A model generated the notes under the pieces. It was given only the letters and a program-made list of their open reading frames with translations. It did not search any database and was not told the origin of the DNA. From assembly GCF_963921235.1 (NCBI RefSeq), contig NC_086109.1:434001-498000 (forward strand): 64,000 nt of DNA. Reading direction: 5' to 3'. The stretch is from Mobula hypostoma (Eukaryota). Shown here piece after piece: positions 24,801 to 37,020 of this stretch. Each line of letters starts with the position of its first letter. The stretch's first letter is position 1. A program made the translations under genes and the position numbers.

Positions 24801-25903
24801 CACATTCCCCGTCTCCCTGCACATTGTCTCCCCAGTACAGACAGATTTCCCGTTCCCCTGTACATGGTCTCCCCAGGACAGACACATTCCCCGTCTCTCT
24901 GTACATTGTCTATACAGTACACACATTCCCCGTCTCCCGGTACATTGTCTCCCCAGTACAGAAACATTCCCCGTCTCCCTGTACATTGTCTCTCCAGTTC
25001 AGACACATTCCCCGTCTCCCTGTACATTGTCCCTCCAGTACAGACATATTCCTCTTCTACCGGTACTTTGTCTCCCGAGTAGAGACACATTCCCCTTCTC
25101 CCTGTACATTGTCTCCCCAGTACAGACACAGTCCCTGTCTCCCTGTACCTTGTCTCTCCAGTTCAGACACATTATCCATATCCCTGTACATTGTCCCTCC
25201 AGTACAGACATATTCCTCATCTCCCTGTACTTTGTCTCCCCAGTACAGACACATTCCCCGTCTCCCTGTAAATTGTCACCACAGTACAGACACATTCCCC
25301 GTCTCCCTGTACATTGTCTCTCCAGTACAGACACATTCCCCGTCTCCCTGTACATTGTCTCTCCAGTACAGACACATTCCCCGTCTCTCTGTACATTGTC
25401 TCTCCAGTACAGACACATTCCCCGTCTCTCTGTACATTGTCTCTCCAGTACAGACACATTCCCCGTCTCCCTGTACATTGTCTCTCCAGTACAGACACAT
25501 TCCCCGTCTCTCTGTACATTGTCTCTCCAGTACAGACACATTCCCCGTCTCCCTGTACATTGTCTCTCCAGTACAGACACATTCCCCGTCTCCCTGTACA
25601 TTGTCTCCCCAGTACAGACACATTTCCCGTTCCCCTGTACATGGTCTCCCCAGGACAGACACATTCCCCGTCTCCCTGTACATTGTCTACCCAGTATAGA
25701 CACATTCCCCGTCTCCCTGTACATTGTCTCTCCAGTACAGACACATTCCCCGTCTCTCTGTACATTGTCTATCCAATACAGACACATTCCCCGTCTCACT
25801 GTACATCGTCTCTCCAGTACAGACACATTCCCCGTCTCCCTGTACATTGTCTCTCCAGTACAGACACATTCCCCATCTCCCTGTACATTGTCTCTCCAGT
25901 ACA

Positions 25904-26103
25904 NNNNNNNNNNNNNNNNNNNNNNNNNNNNNNNNNNNNNNNNNNNNNNNNNNNNNNNNNNNNNNNNNNNNNNNNNNNNNNNNNNNNNNNNNNNNNNNNN
26001 NNNNNNNNNNNNNNNNNNNNNNNNNNNNNNNNNNNNNNNNNNNNNNNNNNNNNNNNNNNNNNNNNNNNNNNNNNNNNNNNNNNNNNNNNNNNNNNNNNNN
26101 NNN
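25904..26103. other. Assembly gap, exactly 200 N
   Basis: Run of 200 N. The round length suggests a fixed-size scaffolding placeholder of unknown true length (inference). Confidence 0.99.
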
Positions 26104-26179
26104 GATTCAGAGCATCAGATTCAGGACAGGAGTTTCAGGGCAGGAGTTTCAGGGCAGGAGTTTCAGGGCAGGAGATTCA

Positions 26180-27010
26180 GGGAAGGAGATTCAGTGCAGG
26201 AGTTTCCGGGCAGGAGTTTCACGGCAGTAGCTTCAGGGCAGGAGATTCAGGGCAGGAGATTCAGGGCAGAAGATTCCGAGCTGGAGTTTCAGTGCAGGAG
26301 TTTCAGGACTGGAGTTTCAGAGAAGGAGTTTCAAATCGGAGATTCAGTGTTGAAGTTTCTGTTCAGGTGTTTGAAGTCATGAGTTTCAGGGCAGGAGATT
26401 CAGGGCAGCGGTTTCAGGGCAGGAGATTAAGGGCAAGAGATTCAATGGAGGATTTTCAGGGCAGAAGTTTCAGGGCAGCAGTTTTACGGCTTGAGTTTCA
26501 GGGCAGGAGTTTCAGGGCATGAGATTCAGGGCATGAGATTCAGTGCAGGAGATTCAGGGCAGGAGATTCAGGTCACGAGATTCAAGGCAGTAGTTTCAGG
26601 ACTATAGTTTCAGGGCAGGAGTTTCAGACCATGAGTTTCAGAGCAGGAGTTTCACGTCAGGAGATTCAGGACAGATGTGTCAGGTCAGTAGTTTGAAGGC
26701 ATGAGTTTTAGGGCAGAAGATTCAGGGCAGGAGATTCAGGGAAGGAGATTCAGGGCAGTAGTTTCCGGGCAGGAGTTTCACGGCAGTAGCTTCAGGGCAG
26801 GAGATTCAGGGCAGGAGATTCAGGGCAGGAGTTTCCGGGCAGGAGTTTCCCGGTAACCGTTTCCGGGCAGCATTTTCAGGGCATGAGATTCAAGGCAGGA
26901 GTTTGAGGGCATGAGTTTCAGGGCATGAGTTTCAGTGCAGGAGTTTCAGGACAGGAGTTACAGGACAGGAGTTTCAGATCATGAGATTCATGGCAGGAGA
27001 TAAGGGCCGT
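26180..27010. repeat. Diverged CpG-rich block A, copy 1 of 9
   Basis: Markers are TCAAATCGGAGATTCAGTGTTGAAGTTTCTGTTCAGGTGTTTGAAGTC (26331), ACTATAGT (26601) and CCCGGTAACCGTTTCCGGG (~26849). Confidence 0.93.
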
Positions 27011-30000
27011 AGTTTCAGGGCAGGAGTTTCAGTGCAGGAGTTTCAGGGCATGAGATTCAGAGCATGAGATTCAGGACAGGAGTTTCAGGGCATGAGATTC
27101 ACGGCTGTGGTTTCAGGGCAGGAGATTCTGGCAGGCGTATCAGGGCACGAGATTCAGGGCATGAGTTTCAGAGCAGGAGTTACAGGGCATGAGATTCAGG
27201 GCAGTAGTTTCAGGGCTTGAGATTCAGGGCTGGAGTTTCAAGGCATGATATTTAGGGGATGAGTTTCAGGGCAGGAGTTTCAGGGCAAGAGATTCAGGGC
27301 AGGAAATTCAGGGCATGAGATTCAGGGCATGAGTTTCAGGACAGGAGTTTCAAGGCATGAGATTCAGGGCCGTTTCAGGGCAGGAATTTCGGGGCATGAG
27401 ATTCAGGGCATGAGTTTCAGGGCAGGAGTTTCTGGGCAGGAGATTCAGGCCATGAGATTCAGGGCATGAGTTTCAGGACAGGAGTTTCAAGGCATGAGAT
27501 TCAGGGCCGTTTCAGGGCAGGAATTTCGGGGCATGAGATTCAGGGCATGAGTTTCAGGGCAGGAGTTTCTGGGCAGGAGATTCAGGCCATGAGATTCAGG
27601 GTTTGAGATTCCGGGTATGAGTTTCAGAGCAGGAGTTTCAGGGCATGAGATTCAGGGCAGGAGTTTCAGGGCATGAGATTCAGGGCATGAGTTTCAGGGC
27701 AGGAGAATCAGTACAGGAGTTTCAGGGCATGAGATTCAGGGCATGAGTTTCAGAACAGGAGTTTCAAGGTATGAGATTCAGGGCATGATTTTCAGGGCAG
27801 ATCTTTCAGAGCAGGAGTTTCAAGGCATGAGTTTCAGGGCAGTAGATTCAGGGCATGAGATTCAGGGCATGAGTTTCAGGTCAGGAGTTTCAGGGCATGA
27901 GATTCAGAACAGGAGATTCAGGACAGGAGTTTCAGGGAATGAGATTCAGGGCAGGAGTTTCAGTGCAGGAGTTTCATGGCATGAGACTCAGAGCATGAGG
28001 TTCAGGACAGGAGTTTCAGGGCATGAGATTCAGGGCTGTGGTTTCAGGGCAGGAGATTCAGGGCAGGAGTTTCAGGACAGGAGTTTCAGAGAAACAGATT
28101 CAGGGCATGAAATTCAGGGCTTGAGATTCAGGGCAGGAGTTTCAGGTCAGGAGTTTCAGGGCATGAGATTCAGGGCATGAGATTCAGGGCAGTAGTTTCA
28201 GGGCTTGAGATTCAGGGCTGGAGTTTCAGGGCATGAGATTTAGGGTACGAGTTTCAGGGCAGGAGTTTCAGGGCAAGAGATTCAGGGCATGAGATTCAGG
28301 GCATGAGTTTCAGGACAGGAGTTTCAAGGCATGAGATTCAGGGCATGAATTTCAGGGCATGAGATTCAGGGCATGAGATTCAGGGCAGGAGTTTCAGGGC
28401 ATGAGATTCAGGGCTGTGGTTTCAGGGCAGGAGATTCAGGGCAGGAGCTTCAGGACAGGAGTTTCAGGGTATAAGATTCAGGGCATGAAATTCAGGGCTT
28501 GAGATTCAGGGCAGGAGCTTCAGGTCAGGAGTTTCAGGGCATGAGATTCAGGGCAGGAGTTTCAGGGCATGAGATTCAGGGCATGAGATTCAGGGCAGGA
28601 GTTTCAGGGCTTGAGATTCAGGGCATGAGATTCAGGGCTGTCGTTTCAGGGCAGGAGATTTAGGGCATGAGTTTCAGAGCAGGAGTTTCAGGGCATGAGA
28701 TTCAGGGCAGTAGTTTAAGGGCTTGAGATTCAGGGCTGGAGTTTCAGGGCATGAGATTTAGGGTACGAGTTTCAGGGCAGGAGTTTCAGGGCAAGAGATT
28801 CAGGGCATGAGATTCAGGGCATGAGTTTCAGGACAGGGGTTTCAAGATATGAGATTCAGGGCATGAATTTCAGGGCATGAGATTCAGGGCATGAGATTCA
28901 GGGCAGGAGTTTCAGGGCATGAGATTCAGGGCTGTGGTTTCAGGGCAGGAGATTTAGGGCAGGAGTTTCAGGGCATGAGATTCAGGGCATGAGATTCAGG
29001 GCAGGCGTTTCAGGGCATGAGAGTCAGGGCAGTAGTTTCAGGGCTTGAAATTCAGGGCAGGAGTTTCAGGGCATCATATTCAGGGCAGGAGTTTCAGTGC
29101 AGGAGTTTCAGGGCATGAGATTCAGAGCATCAGATTCAGGACAGGAGTTTCAGGGCATGAGATTCAGGGCTGTGGTTTCAGGCAGGAGATTCAGGGCAGG
29201 AGTTTCAGGGCATGTGATTCAGGGCATGAGTTTCAGAGAAGGAGTTTCAGGGCATGAGATTCAGGGATGGAGTTTCAGGGCATGAGATTTAGGGCATGAG
29301 GTTCAGGGCAGGAGTTTCAGTGCAGGAGTTTCAGGGCATGAGATTCAGAGCATGAGATTCAGGACAGGAGTTTCAGGGCATGAGATTCACGGCTGTGGTT
29401 TCAGGGCAGGAGATTCTGGCAGGAGTATCAGGGCATGAGATTCAGGGCATGAGTTTCAGAGCAGGAGTTACAGGGCATGAGATTCAGGGCAGTAGTTACA
29501 GGGCTTGAGATTCAGGGCTGGAGTTTCAAGGCATGAGATTTAGGGGATGAGTTTCATGGCAGGAGTTTCAGGGCAAGAGATTCAGGGCAGGAAATTCAGG
29601 GCATGAGATTCAGGGCATGAGTTTCAGGACAGGAGTTTCAAGGCATGAGATTCAGGGCATGAGTTTCAGGGCAGGAGATTCAGGGCAGGAGTTTCAGGGC
29701 ATGAGATTCAGGGCATGAGTTTCAGGGCAGGAGTTTCTGGGCAGGAGATTCAGGGCATGAGATTCAGGGCATGAGGAACAGGGCAGGAGTTTCTGGCCAT
29801 GAGATTCAGGCCATGAGATTCAGGGTTTGAGATTCCGGGTATGAGTTTCAGAGCAGGAGTTTCAGGGCAGGAGATTCAGGGCAGGAATTTCGGGGCATGA
29901 GATTCAGGGCATGAGTTTCAGGGCAGGAGTTTCAGGGCATGAGATTCAGGGCATGAGTTTCAGAACAGGAGTTTCAAGGTATGAGATTCAGGGCATGATT

Positions 30001-31138
30001 TTCAGGGCAGATCTTTCAGAGCAGGAGTTTCAAGGCATGAGATTCAGGGCAGTAGATTCAGGGCATGAGATTCAGGGCATGAGTTTCAGGTCAGGAGTTT
30101 CAGGGCATGAGATTCAGAACATGAGATTCAGGACAGGAGTTTCAGGGAATGAGATTCAGGGCAGGAGTTTCAGTGCAGGAGTTTCAGGGCATGAGACTCA
30201 GAGCATGAGGTTCAGGACAGGAGTTTCAGGGCATGAGATTCAGGGCTGTGGTTTCAGGGCAGGAGATTCAGGGCAGGAGTTTCAGGACAGGAGTTTCAGA
30301 GTATAAGATTCAGGGCATGAAATTCAGGGCTTGAGATTCAGGGCAGGAGTTTCAGGTCAGGAGTTTCAGGGCATGAGATTCAGGGCAGGAGTTTCAGGGC
30401 TTGAGATTCAGGGCATGAGATTCAGGGCTGTCGTTTCAGGGCAGGAGATTCAGGGCAGGAGTTTCAGGGCATGAGATTTAGGGCATGAGTTTCAGAGCAG
30501 GAGTTTCAGGGCATGAGATTCAGGGCAGTAGTTTCAGGGCTTGAGATTCAGGGCTGGAGTTTCAGGGCATGAGATTTAGGGTACGAGTTTCAGGGCAGGA
30601 GTTTCAGGGCAAGAGATTCAGGGCATGAGATTCAGGGCATGAGTTTCAGGACAGGAGTTTCAAGGCATGAGATTCAGGGCATGAATTTCAGGGCATGAGA
30701 TTCAGGGCATGAGATTCAGGGCAGGAGTTTCAGGGCATGAGATTCAGGGCTGTGGTTTCAGGGCAGGAGATTCAGGGCAGGAGCTTCAGGACAGGAGTTT
30801 CAGGGTATAGGATTCAGGGCATGAAATTCAGGGCATGAGATTCAGGGCATGAGTTTCAGAGCTGGAGTTTCAGGGCATGAGATTCAGGGCAGTAGTTTCA
30901 GGGCTTGAGATTCAGGGCAGGAGTTTCAGGGCATGAGATTCAGGGCATGAGTTTCAGGGCATGAGATTCAGGGCAGGAGATTGAGGACATGAGATTCAGG
31001 GCAGGAGTTTCAGGGCTTGAGATTCAGGGCAGGAGTTTCAGGACATGAGATTCAGGGCAGGAGTTTCACAGCAGGAGTTTCAGGGCATGAGATTCAGGGC
31101 AGGAGTTTCAGGGCAGGAGTTTCAGGGCAGGAGATTCA

Positions 31139-31969
31139 GGGAAGGAGATTCAGTGCAGGAGTTTCCGGGCAGGAGTTTCACGGCAGTAGCTTCAGGGCAG
31201 GAGATTCAGGGCAGGAGATTCAGGGCAGAAGATTCCGAGCTGGAGTTTCAGTGCAGGAGTTTCAGGACTGGAGTTTCAGAGAAGGAGTTTCAAATCGGAG
31301 ATTCAGTGTTGAAGTTTCTGTTCAGGTGTTTGAAGTCATGAGTTTCAGGGCAGGAGATTCAGGGCAGCGGTTTCAGGGCAGGAGATTAAGGGCAAGAGAT
31401 TCAATGGAGGATTTTCAGGGCAGAAGTTTCAGGGCAGCAGTTTTACGGCTTGAGTTTCAGGGCAGGAGTTTCAGGGCATGAGATTCAGGGCATGAGATTC
31501 AGTGCAGGAGATTCAGGGCAGGAGATTCAGGTCACGAGATTCAAGGCAGTAGTTTCAGGACTATAGTTTCAGGGCAGGAGTTTCAGACCATGAGTTTCAG
31601 AGCAGGAGTTTCACGTCAGGAGATTCAGGACAGATGTGTCAGGTCAGTAGTTTGAAGGCATGAGTTTTAGGGCAGAAGATTCAGGGCAGGAGATTCAGGG
31701 AAGGAGATTCAGGGCAGTAGTTTCCGGGCAGGAGTTTCACGGCAGTAGCTTCAGGGCAGGAGATTCAGGGCAGGAGATTCAGGGCAGGAGTTTCCGGGCA
31801 GGAGTTTCCCGGTAACCGTTTCCGGGCAGCATTTTCAGGGCATGAGATTCAAGGCAGGAGTTTGAGGGCATGAGTTTCAGGGCATGAGTTTCAGTGCAGG
31901 AGTTTCAGGACAGGAGTTACAGGACAGGAGTTTCAGATCATGAGATTCATGGCAGGAGATAAGGGCCGT
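31139..31969. repeat. Block A copy 2
   Basis: Same markers as copy 1, offset 4959. Confidence 0.93.
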
Positions 31970-34438
31970 AGTTTCAGGGCAGGAGTTTCAGTGCAGGAGT
32001 TTCAGGGCATGAGATTCAGAGCATGAGATTCAGGACAGGAGTTTCAGGGCATGAGATTCACGGCTGTGGTTTCAGGGCAGGAGATTCTGGCAGGCGTATC
32101 AGGGCACGAGATTCAGGGCATGAGTTTCAGGACAGGAGTTTCAGGGCATGAGATTCAGGGCATGAGTTTCAGGGCATGAGATTCAGGGCATGAGATTCAG
32201 GGCAGGAGTTTCAGGGCATGAGATTCAGGGCAGTGGTTTCAGGGCAGGAGATTCAGGGCAGGAGTTTCAGGGCATGAGATTCAGGGCATGAGATTCAGGG
32301 CAGGAGTTTCAGGGCATGAGATTCAGGGCAGTAGTTTCAGGGCTTGAGATTCAGGGCAGGAGTTTCAGGGCATGATATTCAGGGCAGGAGTTTCAGGGCA
32401 GGAGTTTCAGGGCATGAGATTCAGGGCATGAGATTCAGGACAGGAGTTTCAGGGCATGAGATTCAGGGCTGTGGTTTCAGGGCAGGAGTTTCAGGGCATG
32501 AGATTCAGGGCATGAGTTTCAGGGCAGGAGTTTCAGGGCATGAGATTCAGGGCATGAGTTTCAGGGCAGGAGATTCAGGGCATGAGATTCAGGGCAGGAG
32601 TTTCAGGGCAGGAGTTTCAGGGCATGAGATTCAGGGCATGAGATTCAGGACAGGAGTTTCAGGGCATGAGATTCAGGGCTGTGGTTTCAGGGCAGGAGAT
32701 TCTGGCAGGAGTATCAGGGCATGAGATTCAGGGCATGAGTTTCAGAGCAGGAGTTTCAGGGCATGAGATTCAGGGCAGTAGTTTCAGGGCTTGAGATTCA
32801 GGGCTGGAGTTTCAGGGCATGAGATTCAGGGGATGAGTTTCAGGGCAGGAGTTTCAGGGCATGAGATTCAGGGCAGGAGTTTCAGGGCATGAGATTCAGG
32901 GCATGAGTTTCAGGACAGGAGTTTCAGGGCATGAGATTCAGGGCTGTGGTTTCAGGGCAGGAGATTCAGGGCAGGAGTTTCAGGGCATGAGATTCAGGGC
33001 ATGAGTTTCAGGGCAGGAGTTTCTGGGCAGGAGATTCAGGGCATGAGATTCAGGGCATGAGTTTCAGGGCAGGAGTTTCAGGGCATGAGATTCAGGGCAT
33101 GAGATTCAGGGTTTGAGATTCCGGGTATGAGTTTCAGAGCAGGAGTTTCAGGGCATGAGATTCAGGGCAGGAGTTTCAGGGCATGAGATTCAGGGCATGA
33201 GTTTCAGGGCAGGAGAATCAGTACAGGAGTTTCAGGGCATGAGATTCAGGGCATGAGTTTCAGAACAGGAGTTTCAAGGTATGAGATTCAGGGCATGATT
33301 TTCAGGGCAGATCTTTCAGAGCAGGAGTTTCAAGGCATGAGATTCAGGGCAGTAGATTCAGGGCATGAGATTCAGGGCATGAGTTTCAGGTCAGGAGTTT
33401 CAGGGCATGAGATTCAGAACATGAGATTCAGGACAGGAGTTTCAGGGCATGAGATTCAGGGCAGGAGTTTCAGTGCAGGAGTTTCAGGGCATGAGACTCA
33501 GAGCATGAGGTTCAGGACAGGAGTTTCAGGGCATGAGATTCAGGGCTGTGGTTTCAGGGCAGGAGATTCAGGGCAGGAGTTTCAGGACAGGAGTTTCAGA
33601 GAATAAGATTCAGGGCATGAAATTCAGGGCTTGAGATTCAGGGCAGGAGTTTCAGGTCAGGAGTTTCAGGGCATGAGATTCAGGGCATGAGTTTCAGGGC
33701 TTGAGATTCAGGGCATGAGATTCAGGGCTGTGGTTTCAGGTCAGGAGATTCAGGGCAGGAGTTTCAGGGCATGACTTTCAGGGCATGAGTTTCAGAGCAG
33801 GAGTTTCAGGGCATGAGATTCAGGGCAGTAGTTTCAGGGCTTGAGATTCAGGGCTGGAGTTTCAGGGCATGAGATTTAGGGTACGAGTTTCAGGGCAGGA
33901 GTTTCAGGGCAAGAGATTCAGGGCATGAGATTCAGGGCATGAGTTTCAGGACAGGAGTTTCAAGGCATGAGATTCAGGGCATGAATTTCAGGGCATGAGA
34001 TTCAGGGCATGAGATTCAGGGCAGGAGTTTCAGGGCATGAGATTCAGGGCTGTGGTTTCAGGGCAGGAGATTCAGGGCAGGAGCTTCAGGACAGGAGTTT
34101 CAGGGTATAAGATTCAGGGCATGAAATTCAGGGCATGAGATTCAGGGCAGGAGTTTCAGGTCAGGAGTTTCAGGGCATGAGATTCAGGGCAGGAGTTTCA
34201 GGGCTTGAGATTCAGGGCAGGAGTTTCAGGGCATGAGATTCAGGGCATGAGATTCAGGGCATGAGATTCAGGGCAGGAGTTTCAGGGCATGAGATTCAGG
34301 GCAGTAGTTTCAGGGCTTGAGATTCTGGGCAGGAGTTTCAGGGCATGAGATTCAGGGCAGGAGTTTCAGGGCAGGAGTTTCAGGGCATGAGATTCAGGGC
34401 AGGAGTTTCAGGGCAGAAGTTTCAGGGCAGGAGATTCA

Positions 34439-35260
34439 GGGAAGGAGATTCAGGGCAGGAGTTTCAGGGCAGGAGTTTCAGGGCAGAGTTCAGGGCAGGA
34501 GATTCAGGGCATGAGATTCAGGGCAGAGATTCAGGGCTGGAGTTTCAGGGCATGAGATTCAGGGCATGAGTTTCAGGGCAGGAGTTTCGGGCATGAGATT
34601 CAGGGCATGAGTTTCAGGGCAGGAGTTTCAGGGCATGAGTTTCAGGGCAGGAGATTCAGGGCAGCGGTTTCAGGGCAGGAGATTAAGGGCAAGAGATTCA
34701 GGGCAGGAGTTTCAGGGCAGGAGTTTCAGGGCAGGCATGAGTTTCAGGGCTTGAGTTTCAGGGCAGGAGTTTCAGGGCATGAGATTCAGGGCATGAGATT
34801 CAGTGCAGGAGATTCAGGGCAGGAGATTCAGGGCATGAGATTCAGGGCAGTAGTTTCAGGACTATAGTTTCAGGGCATGAGTTTCAGGGCATGAGTTTCA
34901 GAGCAGGAGTTTCAAGGTCATGAGATTCAGGGCATGATGTTTCAGGGCAGTAGTTTCAAGGCATGAGTTTCAGGGCATGAGTTTCAGGGCAGGAGATTCA
35001 GGGCAGGAGATTCAGGGCATGAGTTTCAGGGCAGGAGTTTCAGGGCAGTAGCTTCAGGGCAGGAGATTCAGGCAGGAGTTTCAGGGCATGAGTTTCAGGG
35101 CAGGAGTTTCAGGCAAGTTTCATGGCAGAGTTTCAGGGCATGAGATTCAAGGCAGGAGTTTCAGGGCATGAGATTCAGGGCATGAGTTTCAGGGCAGGAG
35201 ATTCAGACAGGAGTTACAGGACAGGAGTTTCAGATCATGAGATTCAGGGCAGGAAGATTA
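34439..35260. repeat. Degraded, consensus-reverted 'ghost' of block A
   Basis: Retains GGGAAGGAG (34439), GCAGCGGTTTCAGGGCAGGAGATTAAGGGCAAGAG (34661), ACTATAGT (34861) and GAGTTACAGGACAGGAGTTTCAGATCATG (35211) in order. Lacks TCAAATCGGA and GGTAACC. Confidence 0.8.
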
Positions 35261-36195
35261 AGGGCTGAGATTCAGGGCAGGAGTTTCAGGTGCAGGAGTT
35301 TCAGGGCATGAGATTCAGGGCATGAGATTCAGGGCATTGTTTCTGTGCATGAGATTCAGGGCTGTGGTTTCAGGGCAGGAGATTCAGGGCTGGAGTTACA
35401 GGGCATGAGATTCAGGGCATGAGATTCAGGGCAGGATTCAGGGCATGAGATTCAGGGCAGTAGTTTCAGGGCATGAGATTCAGGGCTGGAGTTTCAGGGC
35501 ATGAGATTCAGGGCATGAGTTTCAGGGCAGGAGTTTCAGGGCATGAGATTCAGGGCAGGGTTTCAGGGCATGAGATTCAGGGCAGGAGTTTCAGGACAGG
35601 AGTTTCAGGGCATGAGATTCAGGGCATGAGATTCAGGGCAGGAGTTTCAGGGCATGAGATTCAGGGCATGAGTTTCAGGGCAGGAGTTTCTGGGCAGGAG
35701 ATTCAGGTCATGAGATTCAGGGTTTGAGATTCCGGGTATGAGTTTCAGAGCAGGAGTTTCAGGGCATGAGATTCAGGGCAGGAGTTTCAGGGCATGAGAT
35801 TCAGGGCATGAGTTTCAGGGCAGGAGTTTCAGGGCAGGAGTTTCAGGGCATGAGATTCAGGGCATGAGTTTCAGGACAGGAGTTTCAGGGCATGAGATTC
35901 AGGGCATGAGATTCAGGGCATGAGATTCAGAGCAGGAGTTTCAAGGCATGAGATTCAGGGCAGTAGATTCAGGGCAGGAGATTCAGGGCATGAGATTCAG
36001 GGCATGAGTTTCAGGGCATGAGATTCAGGGCAGGAGATTCAGGGCATGAGATTCAGGGCAGGAGTTTCAGGGCTTGAGATTCAGGGCAGGAGTTTCAGGG
36101 CATGAGATTCAGGGCAGGAGTTTCAGGGCAGGAGTTTCAGGGCATGAGATTCAGGGCAGGAGTTTCAGGGCAGGAGTTTCAGGGCAGGAGATTCA

Positions 36196-37020
36196 GGGAA
36201 GGAGATTCAGTGCAGGAGTTTCCGGGCAGGAGTTTCACGGCAGTAGCTTCAGGGCAGGAGATTCAGGGCAGGAGATTCAGGGCAGAAGATTCCGAGCTGG
36301 AGTTTCAGTGCAGGAGTTTCAGGACTGGAGTTTCAGAGAAGGAGTTTCAAATCGGAGATTCAGTGTTGAAGTTTCTGTTCAGGTGTTTGAAGTCATGAGT
36401 TTCAGGGCAGGAGATTCAGGGCAGCGGTTTCAGGGCAGGAGATTAAGGGCAAGAGATTCAATGGAGGATTTTCAGGGCAGAAGTTTCAGGGCAGCAGTTT
36501 TACGGCTTGAGTTTCAGGGCAGGAGTTTCAGGGCATGAGATTCAGGGCATGAGATTCAGTGCAGGAGATTCAGGGCAGGAGATTCAGGTCACGAGATTCA
36601 AGGCAGTAGTTTCAGGACTATAGTTTCAGGGCAGGAGTTTCAGACCATGAGTTTCAGAGCAGGAGTTTCACGTCAGGAGATTCAGGACAGATGTGTCAGG
36701 TCAGTAGTTTGAAGGCATGAGTTTTAGGGCAGAAGATTCAGGGCAGGAGATTCAGGGAAGGAGATTCAGGGCAGTAGTTTCCGGGCAGGAGTTTCACGGC
36801 AGTAGCTTCAGGGCAGGAGATTCAGGGCAGGAGATTCAGGGCAGGAGTTTCCGGGCAGGAGTTTCCCGGTAACCGTTTCCGGGCAGCATTTTCAGGGCAT
36901 GAGATTCAAGGCAGGAGTTTGAGGGCATGAGTTTCAGGGCATGAGTTTCAGTGCAGGAGTTTCAGGACAGGAGTTACAGGACAGGAGTTTCAGATCATGA
37001 GATTCATGGCAGGAGATAAT
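36196..37020. repeat. Block A copy 3 (3' end slightly truncated)
   Basis: Same markers; ends GGAGATAATAG instead of GGAGATAAGGGCCGTAG. Confidence 0.92.

Larger units (their letters stand above)
14128..25903. repeat. 41-bp tandem minisatellite, consensus CAGACACATTCCCCGTCTCCCTGTACATTGTCTCYCCAGTA, roughly 285-290 monomers
   Basis: Head-to-tail 41-bp units without spacers. Near-perfect runs lie at ~22060-22535 and ~25285-25620. 39-bp variants ending ...CCCCACACAGAC are also present. The array is truncated by the N gap. Confidence 0.98.

Noticed and set aside
14128..25903. 41-bp repeats as a possible CRISPR array
   Set aside because: Units are directly head-to-tail with no unique spacers, no leader and no cas genes.
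13772..26522. Cys/His-rich repetitive ORFs on both strands, superficially like zinc fingers or keratin-associated proteins
   Set aside because: 41 is not a multiple of 3 and the consensus has no stops, so all frames cycle through the same 41-aa peptide. There is no C2H2 spacing, and some ORFs cross the N gap.
26180..27010. Block A as an inserted transposon/MITE or a CENP-B box carrier
   Set aside because: It stays in ~14-bp phase, has no terminal inverted repeats or target-site duplication, and by eye has no match to NTTCGNNNNANNCGGGN (not scanned exhaustively).
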